DNA of 34,092 nucleotides from a virus (taxonomy: Duplodnaviria > Caudoviricetes). Every line of letters begins with the position of its first letter. Position 1 is the first letter of the stretch. The notes beneath the pieces were generated by a model, which was not told the origin of the DNA, made no database searches, and saw nothing but the letters and a program-made list of their open reading frames with translations. The position numbers were made by a program, and so were the translations under genes. The stretch covers positions 1 through 34,092 of IMG/VR virus record IMGVR_UViG_3300020017_000145; one strand, written 5' to 3'. This document shows positions 26,347-34,092 of the stretch, one piece after another.

Positions 26347-29300
26347 ATCTTGCTTTTTTGTTCTGCCTGTGCAATCCTTTCATTTTCCCGGTTGGCTACC
26401 ACTAGCCCGGCCTCAACCCCTCGTTTGGCTCCTATCCCAACGGCGGCGGCCATGTTCTGGATCGAGTTGGCATCTATTGTAACGATGCTGATACCCCCCG
26501 ACACACCCACATTCATTTTAGAGAAATTCGGCTCAAGCAATCCCCCTTGCTCAAACTTAACGCCATAGCCCCGGTCGGCATTGATGGCAGATAATACAAT
26601 CCGTTTGCCTGGGAAGTTTACCGCGCTGAGTTGCTTTAAAATAGGGTAGTAGCGGCCTGTGTTGTGCTTGTTGATGATGGCGGTTCCTCCTTGGCCGTCG
26701 TCGCCTATCCATTCCCCGCCCTCAGCTTCAATGGTGGTGTTTCCTACTTGCACGGGCGTTCCTCCATGTGCGTGACCTGGGCCTTTTATGATCATACCCC
26801 TGGCTGCTTTTTGGGCGCTGATTTGGGCGATTTGGGAAGTTGTGGTAAAGGTTAGAAATGCAATTTGGGCAGCCTTATACAAAGCGCCCAGCGGATCAGG
26901 AATAATTGATGGAGTGGCCAAGATATTTACCGTACCGGATGCCAGCGAAGCCAGAGCCGCGGCAATCCTGAACCGCTTTTGCTGTTCAAACTCTTTCTTT
27001 CTGATACGCTCCTGCTCTGCTGCAAGCTCTTTTTCAAGCTTTTCTTTTTTCTTGGTGTTGTCCCCTGCAAGCTCAATTTCTTTGGCGTAACGCTCTTCGA
27101 TGGCGTTTAATTCGGACTCATTTCGAGCACTGGCAAGGCCAGAAATTGCAGCCCCGGCCTCTGTGAGCGTGTCGAAGAATCGGCCAGATGTAAAGAAGTT
27201 TCCAAACTCTTCGAGCAAAGCATCTAGGCTTACCTCTAAATCTGTCCTGGTTCTGGTGGTGAATTGCTGTACACCTTCACCTATTTCTTTTCCAAGCTCT
27301 GCAAGGCGATCAAGTAGGCTTGTTCCAACTACCCGCAAGCCCTTTTCAGATACTTGCACCTGCTTCAAAACTCCGTCCTCGGTTACAGTTTGGGTACGCT
27401 GGAAGGTTCTTTGCGAAGCATCCTGTATTTTTTGCGCTTCTCCTATGAATCCGGTTAGGTTGTCAAGCAGTGCTTTTTGTTCCTTTTCGGCCTTGTTAAG
27501 TTGGTCTTTAGCGGCAAACAGACGTTCAAAAAGTGCGGGCTGATCCTTTGGGGCTGCCTTATCAATTTCTTTTTCCAGTTTTGACACCTCACCCCGTAAA
27601 AATGCAAGCGAGCCTTTGCCAAATTCTTCAACAACCTTTTTGGCCTTAGTGGTGCTTGTGGTGCTTGTGGTGATTTTGTCAATTTTCCCTGCTGCCGTCT
27701 CGGTTTCTTTGCCAAATTGGAACACTTCACCTTTGCCCGTGTTGGCAAGATCAATAAATGTTTTTAGACCCTTTACGCTCTTGTCTTGCGCTCCAAAAAG
27801 GCGGGTAATGGGTGCGGAAAGTGTCTCAAAGAAGCTGGATATATTGCGCTTGGAAGAATCAAGCAGCCCCAAAAAAGCTTTGTAGGTACTCAGTAATAAG
27901 TCAAAAGGCAACCTAACCAGGTCGCCCGCTTTTTTCAATAAGCCCAAAGTAGCAACAAACCCGCTTGATTCTTCGTTTGCTATCCCTATTGTTTTGGAAA
28001 AATCGCCAATCAAATCAACCAGCGGCTTGAATGTTTCAATCAAATCCTGACCCGCTGTGATAACCTGTAAAAGAATGTCGAGTAATTGGGTTTGGGCTAC
28101 TGTGGCAAGGTCGCTTAAGTTTGCCCCGGCCCCACCCAAGGCTTCGCTGATTTCTACGACCTTTCGATTGAATGCGGTATTTACATCAAGGGTGCGAAGC
28201 TGTGCGACTTGGTATTCATTGGTGGTGTCAATAAGCGATAGGGTAGCGGTGTCAACATCTTTCAGGGACTTGATAAATTTTATCCCTGCGTCCTCACCCG
28301 CGCCTCTGAATACATCCGCAAGCACTGCCCCGGCCTTTGGCCCATTCTCCTGGACTGTTTCAAGTTGCTTGGATACCTCTGCGATAGCCCCGCCAATACC
28401 TCGTTCACCAATTATTTTTTGGATTTCTTCACCACTGATTCCAATTCCCTCCAGCGCCTTGAGTGTGGCCGGGGTAAGTTCTCGCAAGCTCAGAGCCGCT
28501 TCTTTTACCGCGTCTGCTCCTTTATCGGAGAAAACCCCCTCGGTTGCTTGCCTGTTGGCGATCTTAAAAAACTGATCCGCGTTTAATCCAGCCTCTTGAA
28601 AAAGACGTGGATACTCTCTAACAGTGTCCAGAAATTCCCCGTTAGCATTTGATCCAGCAACAAAACCTTCTTCGATCCTGGTTAAAGCTTCGCCAAAGGT
28701 GATGTTGAAAGCATTGGCAACGGCATTGGCACTTTCTACAATTCGGCTTTGATCCTCTCCGAATGTGTCAGCGGTAGCCTTAATTCTTGCGGTAAAGTCG
28801 TCTAAGTCTGCCCCGGTGGCGTTGGTAAGTGTTGAGATTTCGCCCCGCAATTCTCGGATGCCTTGCACCAATTGGTAGACATTTTGCAAGGCCCCTATCA
28901 AAGCCTCTCCTATTGCCGCTGCTGCACCTGGGATTGAGGCAAAGGCGGCAATATCAAACCCTGAAAGCTGGGTGAATACACCTTGGAAAGCTTCGCCGTA
29001 GTTACCAACATTGCGTTGGAATTGCCCCAATGATGCGTCAATGTCCTTGAGTTCCCGGTCAAGTTCTTGAATGCGTTTGATCGTTCGCTCTCCAAATGCG
29101 CCCTGCCTTTCCTCTGCTGTCAGGTCTTTGTAGGAGTTGCGAAGTCGTACCAATTCAGCATTCAGTGCCCGGTAAGAGTTCTTGCCCTGATCCGCATTTT
29201 GTTTGAATTGGTTGATAGCGTTGCGCTCTTCCTGACGCTGCTCTTGCTGAATTGCTTTTAGCGCTGCGATCTGGTTTCCGAGTCGCTTGTATTCGTCGGT

Positions 29301-29423
29301 GTTGAACTTCTCAGCCTGTCGGGCTTTAGTGGTGTCCCGTATGGCCTTAGCCAAATCCTCCTGACTATTGACCGCCGTTTTAACGCCTTTTATCTCGACT
29401 TCGTAAACCAGAACCTTTGTCAT
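26343..29423 (-). CDS. Tail tape measure protein, variant B (1026 aa)
   Basis: Shares termini with variant A; different core (EGVFSDKGADAVKEA). Confidence 0.9.
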   Translation of the reverse strand: MTKVLVYEVEIKGVKTAVNSQEDLAKAIRDTTKARQAEKFNTDEYKRLGNQIAALKAIQQEQRQEERNAINQFKQNADQGKNSYRALNAELVRLRNSYKDLTAEERQGAFGERTIKRIQELDRELKDIDASLGQFQRNVGNYGEAFQGVFTQLSGFDIAAFASIPGAAAAIGEALIGALQNVYQLVQGIRELRGEISTLTNATGADLDDFTARIKATADTFGEDQSRIVESANAVANAFNITFGEALTRIEEGFVAGSNANGEFLDTVREYPRLFQEAGLNADQFFKIANRQATEGVFSDKGADAVKEAALSLRELTPATLKALEGIGISGEEIQKIIGERGIGGAIAEVSKQLETVQENGPKAGAVLADVFRGAGEDAGIKFIKSLKDVDTATLSLIDTTNEYQVAQLRTLDVNTAFNRKVVEISEALGGAGANLSDLATVAQTQLLDILLQVITAGQDLIETFKPLVDLIGDFSKTIGIANEESSGFVATLGLLKKAGDLVRLPFDLLLSTYKAFLGLLDSSKRNISSFFETLSAPITRLFGAQDKSVKGLKTFIDLANTGKGEVFQFGKETETAAGKIDKITTSTTSTTKAKKVVEEFGKGSLAFLRGEVSKLEKEIDKAAPKDQPALFERLFAAKDQLNKAEKEQKALLDNLTGFIGEAQKIQDASQRTFQRTQTVTEDGVLKQVQVSEKGLRVVGTSLLDRLAELGKEIGEGVQQFTTRTRTDLEVSLDALLEEFGNFFTSGRFFDTLTEAGAAISGLASARNESELNAIEERYAKEIELAGDNTKKKEKLEKELAAEQERIRKKEFEQQKRFRIAAALASLASGTVNILATPSIIPDPLGALYKAAQIAFLTFTTTSQIAQISAQKAARGMIIKGPGHAHGGTPVQVGNTTIEAEGGEWIGDDGQGGTAIINKHNTGRYYPILKQLSAVNFPGKRIVLSAINADRGYGVKFEQGGLLEPNFSKMNVGVSGGISIVTIDANSIQNMAAAVGIGAKRGVEAGLVVANRENERIAQAEQKSKI
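27649..27675. repeat. 9-bp tandem repeat x3 in the tape measure linker
   Basis: gtggtgctt gtggtgctt gtggtgatt, encoding ITTSTTSTT on the minus strand. Confidence 0.7.
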
Positions 29424-29959
29424 GCTGCTATTTTTCGTGCTTCTTCAATCGCTGCTTGGTAGATTTCATCGAAGTTCTCCACCAAAAGCTCGAATACCTT
29501 GAATTGCTCTTCGATGATTTTTTCCGCATTCATCTCAAGGCCAAACTTTATCCACTCAGTACGCCGCCCGTTCTTGGTGAATGCGTATGCCCCAGGCAGC
29601 GGGAACCCAAGTACAGCGGCTTTATTGAGTGTCAAAAACGTGAACCGCTTTAGATTCGACTCCGAAAGCCCAGGCTTTACCACTCTGGCCCACTGCAATA
29701 ACCTTGCCTCAGCCGCTGCGCTTGTGTCTACCTTACTCGCCGGTATTCCTGTGTCCAAATCTAAAAGGTAATCGTTGCCCTCTATGCCGATTCGCAAAGT
29801 ATCTCCGACACTTTCGACAACTTTTGCCTTTAATGAGGCGATGCCCCTGCCTGTTGCAACATGGCCCTGCTCCCTCAATTCGTCCTTGCCTTTCTCAGCG
29901 ATGGCCTGGACTGCGTTTAGGGCAATGCCTACCAATTCCTGATACGTGACTATCCGCAT
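29420..29959 (-). CDS. Neck/tail completion protein (HK97 gp10-like)
   Basis: Homolog of 4624-5163. Confidence 0.5.
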   Translation of the reverse strand: MRIVTYQELVGIALNAVQAIAEKGKDELREQGHVATGRGIASLKAKVVESVGDTLRIGIEGNDYLLDLDTGIPASKVDTSAAAEARLLQWARVVKPGLSESNLKRFTFLTLNKAAVLGFPLPGAYAFTKNGRRTEWIKFGLEMNAEKIIEEQFKVFELLVENFDEIYQAAIEEARKIAA

Positions 29960-30696
29960 GACTCGCAATTTGTGACGGGAACAACTGAGCTAGTGGGGTC
30001 GCTGTACTTCATTCGGGTTTCAATGGTTTCGCATACTTGGATTGTAAACTCAACTGCATAACCTCTTGCGCCTCCAATAGCTCCGTCGCTGTATTTGGTG
30101 AACTTCCAGCGTTCAGGTGCGGTAATGAGGTTTTCAAGCCATTCCCCCGGCTCAAATTCATACGTGAATTTCCCGGCCTCATTGGCAATCTTCCAGGCTG
30201 ATTCCCCAGGCGTTTGCCAGTACTCGCCTTGCGCATAAGCAAAAACTGAATGATCCATCAATTGCCGAATGAACGAGCGCAAAAGGTAGAGCGTATTTTC
30301 AAATGTGCTTTCGGTTCCCAATACCTCCGGTGGGCAATTCTCGCAGGTGTTGCGATCAAAAGCCACTACCAACAAATCCAAGTAAATCCGGTCGCTTCTG
30401 ATGGAGTTGGTATAGGCCCCTGTTTCCTGTATGACAATCCCAGGGTATTCAAAGAACATCTTAGATGGATCGCTACCCGCTGCATCCCAATTACGGGAAA
30501 AGAAACGCCCGGCTTTGTAATCGCCATACGTGGCCCCCAATGACGGGTGCATGACGCTTGGTTGCATGTCGTCTACAAAAGCAGCAAAGGAGTTGACCCG
30601 GTGAGGCACCCCCTTTTTGTTTTGTTCCCGTGATGCCATTTGAGCCACGATCTTGCGGCAAATGGCTATGAAGTCAGCCTTGGTTAGTACTTTCAC
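29950..30696 (-). CDS. Phage structural protein, possibly tail terminator
   Basis: Homolog of 3887-4633. Confidence 0.5.
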   Translation of the reverse strand: MKVLTKADFIAICRKIVAQMASREQNKKGVPHRVNSFAAFVDDMQPSVMHPSLGATYGDYKAGRFFSRNWDAAGSDPSKMFFEYPGIVIQETGAYTNSIRSDRIYLDLLVVAFDRNTCENCPPEVLGTESTFENTLYLLRSFIRQLMDHSVFAYAQGEYWQTPGESAWKIANEAGKFTYEFEPGEWLENLITAPERWKFTKYSDGAIGGARGYAVEFTIQVCETIETRMKYSDPTSSVVPVTNCESCG

Positions 30697-31624
30697 ACCC
30701 GTGAATTTTTAAGTGAAGTAAGAAAAACAAAATCCTCAAAGTCGCTCTTCCAAAGTGATTCCATTCCTCCTATGTACCATTGTTCCCGCAGTGCTGCATC
30801 GAGTAGCAACCGCCACCCCATCAGCTCAAACGCTTCCCGCGCCGCCGCTTCACGATCCCTGGTTTCTTTCGACTTAGTTCCTGAACCTTGATAGGGCGAA
30901 CCGTTCCAGAAGAATTGGTAATCTGGTTTTGCAGCCAAAGCAAGTACGAATTGATCAAAAAAAAACGAAGGGTTAAGACTTCGGCGGCGGTTACGGTTCT
31001 GAAAGTTTGCATCCTGTCGTTTAGGAATGATTCCAACTCTTTACGGTTCCAGGGTAGCGCCTCCCCTTTCTTGCGTACAAGTATTGCCAGTTCTCGCAGC
31101 CCCAAAGTGAAGTCCATGCTACCAAGGGCAAACTTTTTTTCTTCCAGGTTCTTCTCTGCAATGCGCCTGAACTCAAGCACCTCTATTGCTTCGCCTGTGC
31201 TTACCCCTTCCAGTGTCAAAAACTTAGCCGCTTTGAGTTGATCTAATTGGTATTCTTCGCCACCGACAACCAACTTAAAAACTTTGTCCTTGAGCGTTTC
31301 AGGCTTGAAGGTGTTGATAACTGTGTTCAGGTGTGCGTATAGGCGCATAACAGATAGATCGTCGCCTAGCGTGACAGTAAAGCTGTTCAAAAACAATTCG
31401 TCAAGCGGTTCGTCAAGTGAAAACGGTAAATCCCAAATCCAATCCCCGTACACGTAAGCCAATGCCCTGGTGATTGATAATATTGCGGCCTGGCTGTCTT
31501 CGGTTTCTTGCGCGGTGAAGTATTCCTGCTCTTGGTCTTTGAAGTCACAAAACGCCTCCCACGGTATTTCATGTGCGGTAAGCGGTAGATTGATGGTGGC
31601 CCCGGTGGATAGTTTTGCAATCAT
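30693..31624 (-). CDS. Tail assembly chaperone, -1 frameshift product
   Basis: A9 run at 30957-30965 (T9 on the coding strand); homolog of 2469-3400. Confidence 0.7.
30821..31624 (-). CDS. Tail assembly chaperone (gpG-like)
   Basis: Homolog of 2469-3272. Confidence 0.7.
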   Translation of the reverse strand: MIAKLSTGATINLPLTAHEIPWEAFCDFKDQEQEYFTAQETEDSQAAILSITRALAYVYGDWIWDLPFSLDEPLDELFLNSFTVTLGDDLSVMRLYAHLNTVINTFKPETLKDKVFKLVVGGEEYQLDQLKAAKFLTLEGVSTGEAIEVLEFRRIAEKNLEEKKFALGSMDFTLGLRELAILVRKKGEALPWNRKELESFLNDRMQTFRTVTAAEVLTLRFFLINSYLLWLQNQITNSSGTVRPIKVQELSRKKPGIVKRRRGKRLS

Positions 31625-31974
31625 TAGCCGCAAGATTCACATTCACCAGACGTTTCCCGCCCGGCTTTGGCTGAATAATCGGGTTCCTTTGCGTACTCGC
31701 TTGGCTGCTTGGCTTGCTTTGCGGGTATCTCTTTGGGTTGATGGTTTAGTCCTTCCTGGTTCAAAAAGAAGTCCACCACACGCGGTTTGTCGGCTATGTA
31801 GAACTCACCCAATGAAAGCATCATTGAACGCCAGAATTGCGCCCTAAACCCTGCTTCTTTGGCATCTTCGTAGGCTCCCAAGAGTGCGTTAAAAATCGCC
31901 TCTGCTTCGGGGTGTACCCACTCGCTTTGTTGGCTTTCGCCTGTTTGCTCAATTTCGGTTTTGACTTTTGCCAT
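31624..31974 (-). CDS. Hypothetical protein ending in CESCG
   Basis: Homolog of 2119-2469. Confidence 0.8.
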   Translation of the reverse strand: MAKVKTEIEQTGESQQSEWVHPEAEAIFNALLGAYEDAKEAGFRAQFWRSMMLSLGEFYIADKPRVVDFFLNQEGLNHQPKEIPAKQAKQPSEYAKEPDYSAKAGRETSGECESCG

Positions 31975-31984
31975 TATGTTTGAT

Positions 31985-33235
31985 TTATCCTTTACCTGTT
32001 TTCATTTCGCCCGGTCTTGGAACATGCTTCACGATCCAGGTGAACCCATACCGCCCAGCGTCCAAACTGTGGTTGTATTGATCTATTGGGGTGTCGCTTT
32101 TCTTGTCGGCCCACACGTAGTTGTCAAGCTCGTTTTTGATGTTGGGGCTGTCGGACGTGACAATGATTTCGTAATCCTTCATGTCCTTGATGCCCTGAAT
32201 AATGGAGTTTGGCCCTTTCTTTGCCTCAATGACTCTGAACCCTTTCGAGCGCAAAAACGCCACCGTTCGCTTTTCGTTGGTGTCCGATACAATGGGCTTG
32301 CTCTTATCCGGTATCGCGTCGGTCATCATCCGTAGAAGCCCCTCGTTTGAAAGCTCCGTTTCGTAAATCAGCTCTTTGAGGTAAATCTTTTTCCGCTTTC
32401 GATCAACTGCAATCTTCACAAGTGCAAGCGGGTCAGGGAAGTACCCAAAGTCCATAGCGTAAATATACGGCAACTTTTCATCAAATACACCCTCGGCCCA
32501 ATCCTCATAAATTACACCCTCTGCTTTTTCAATCCACTGGCCAATGATGTAGTGGGCATACTTCTTGGGGTTGTTGGCCTTGAGGTCGTAGATGCGACGC
32601 AGGTAAGACTCCGAAAGGTTGTCTTTGTTATCCAGGTACGTGACGTGAATATGCGTAACGTCTGGGTGTGTGGAGATGCTCACGGGCACCCCGTCGATAA
32701 TTTCAGTCCTGCGGGTGTCTTGAATCCAACGCTTATAAACCCAGTGGTTTTTATTAGTCGGGTTCATAATCAAAATGATCAGGTTTGTTTTGTTTTTATC
32801 CCTGATCGAAAGGTCGATTTTGTCAAATTCGTCCTCGTTGGTCAATTCCTCCGCTTCATCCAGCACAAAAATGTTGGCCTTGATTGACTTGAGCTTTGCG
32901 GTTTGGGATTTGGAACCAGACTTCAAGCCCCTGAACGATACCGCTGATCCAGTAGATCCGCAATAAACATCGTTTTTCTTTTGGGTAAAATAGGGGTGAA
33001 GGTTTTGAATGTCGATCTTTTCAGCAAATTCCAGGACTACCGAATCGTTTGCCGCCGCCATTGTGTAGCGGGTGTACAAAATGCGCTGGTTGTGATGCTC
33101 TGCCATGATGCGAGAACAAAGAAGGGTAATAGCAAAAGATTTAGCAGCGCCACGACCACCAGATAGCAGGACGTAGCGAGTTTTTGGAGCTTCAAAAAGG
33201 GGGGCAAACTTTTCATTTACTCGGATTTCACCCAT
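31985..33235 (-). CDS. terL: Terminase large subunit, PBSX/SPP1-like family
   Basis: Protein identical to 858-2108. Confidence 0.95.
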   Translation of the reverse strand: MGEIRVNEKFAPLFEAPKTRYVLLSGGRGAAKSFAITLLCSRIMAEHHNQRILYTRYTMAAANDSVVLEFAEKIDIQNLHPYFTQKKNDVYCGSTGSAVSFRGLKSGSKSQTAKLKSIKANIFVLDEAEELTNEDEFDKIDLSIRDKNKTNLIILIMNPTNKNHWVYKRWIQDTRRTEIIDGVPVSISTHPDVTHIHVTYLDNKDNLSESYLRRIYDLKANNPKKYAHYIIGQWIEKAEGVIYEDWAEGVFDEKLPYIYAMDFGYFPDPLALVKIAVDRKRKKIYLKELIYETELSNEGLLRMMTDAIPDKSKPIVSDTNEKRTVAFLRSKGFRVIEAKKGPNSIIQGIKDMKDYEIIVTSDSPNIKNELDNYVWADKKSDTPIDQYNHSLDAGRYGFTWIVKHVPRPGEMKTGKG

Positions 33236-33627
33236 ACTATTTTTGGAATGTCTGCCAATTCTGTGGTGCCTCCTATGGCTCCGATCTCAACCAGTTTTCT
33301 ACCATATCCCCTACTTGCGCCCTTGGTTTCCAAGTACCATTTAATCAAAACGTTGTCGCCTTTCTCAATGGCTTTCATTAGGGCGTTTTCGGCTATGTCA
33401 ATGTTTTCTTCTTGTAGCCTCATTACCGCGTCCCGGTATTCTCCGTCTTTCTCCATCCATCGGGCATGGGTTCCACGGTCAATCCCAACCTCTTTGGCTG
33501 CATACTTTACGACACAATAATGCTCCGATAAAGATTTGAGCATAGCCGCCTTTTGTGCTGCAATTGTGCGCTTCTGTGAATCCCTTGATTTTGCCCTTTC
33601 CTCCGGTGTGAATCCTCCTTTACCCAT
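33217..33627 (-). CDS. terS: Terminase small subunit
   Basis: Identical to 466-876. Confidence 0.75.
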   Translation of the reverse strand: MGKGGFTPEERAKSRDSQKRTIAAQKAAMLKSLSEHYCVVKYAAKEVGIDRGTHARWMEKDGEYRDAVMRLQEENIDIAENALMKAIEKGDNVLIKWYLETKGASRGYGRKLVEIGAIGGTTELADIPKIVWVKSE

Positions 33628-33949
33628 TTAAAAGGCTTTTGATAGTTGAAACAATATCCTTTAAATTGTAGATGGCTCTATACAAAGATTCATAAATCAT
33701 GTTTTGGCGCGGCCTGTTCTCCCAGATGTGCACGGTTTTTTCATTGATAGTAAACCAAACTTCCTTGTCTCTGAATGTGTTGTGCTTTGATATTTTGCAA
33801 GTGCCATAAGCTACCATGTTGTTTGAAAGATCATGCAATTGAATGTCACTTGCTGTGGTTGTGTGCCAATCACCATTATTTAAAGCAATGTTCAGGATTT
33901 TCAACAACTCTTCGTTTGATAGATCACTAAAGGTTCTTTTGTTGCTCAT
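33620..33949 (-). CDS. Hypothetical phage protein
   Basis: Identical to 144-473. Confidence 0.7.
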   Translation of the reverse strand: MSNKRTFSDLSNEELLKILNIALNNGDWHTTTASDIQLHDLSNNMVAYGTCKISKHNTFRDKEVWFTINEKTVHIWENRPRQNMIYESLYRAIYNLKDIVSTIKSLLNG

Positions 33950-34092
33950 TAGTCTACGGTTTAAATTCAAAATCAGTTACCCCTCTCAACAAGTAATCCC
34001 ACATCTGCTCCAAGTACGCTTCACCATGCTTTTGGTACAATCGGTACTCTTTGACAAATTTGTGCTCCAGGTGTCCAGCCTTTTAACTTGCT

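Larger units (their letters stand above)
14936..34092 (-). mobile_element. Phage/prophage virion module, copy B (truncated in holin gene)
   Basis: Same gene order on the minus strand, continuing through capsid, tail tube, fibre and holin. Confidence 0.9.
32310..34092 (-). repeat. Right perfect inverted terminal repeat (partner 1-1783)
   Basis: Reverse complement of 1-1783; ORF coordinates mirror exactly (sum 34093). Confidence 0.92.

Noticed and set aside
573-33520. Numerous 60-180 aa ORFs antisense to or nested in the main genes
   Set aside because: Shadow frames of long coupled genes; many change length or vanish between the two arms.
1-34092. Simple fold-back (single-template) sequencing chimera
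   Set aside because: The arms differ by many synonymous changes, a swapped tape-measure core and gene content, which copying one template cannot produce. A two-strain chimera remains possible.
1-34092. Complete linear phage genome with inverted terminal repeats
   Set aside because: No replication, portal, endolysin or lysogeny genes were recognised, and the repeats consist of ordinary terminase genes.

Overview
The whole window is one imperfect inverted duplication of a tailed-phage (siphovirus-like) virion gene module. The host is probably in Bacteroidota, judged from TTTG-N20-TAnnTTTG promoters, A-rich starts without Shine-Dalgarno sites, and signal peptides followed by Gln. The left arm (+, 1-14938) and right arm (-, 34092-14936) each carry TerS, a PBSX-type TerL, a tail assembly chaperone with a -1 frameshift, neck/terminator genes, a tape measure protein, two tail-tip genes, an HTH regulator, an HK97-type prohead protease and a major capsid gene. 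The outer 1783 bp look identical. Further in, the arms diverge mostly at synonymous sites, have different tape-measure cores, and only the left arm carries small inserted cassettes. The arms meet at about 14936-14938, where the left capsid gene and the right-arm holin are both cut. Only the right arm has a full capsid gene, tail tube gene and two signal-peptide-bearing proteins, one of them fibre-like. I could not recognise portal, endolysin, integrase or replication genes, so this is not a complete genome despite its inverted ends. Most notable are the dual inverted module (real or an assembly chimera), genes inserted between repeats encoding KNSRV-stop, antisense promoter-terminator mini-units (one with a conserved 11-codon ORF), and the secreted-type fibre. 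All comparisons were made by eye.
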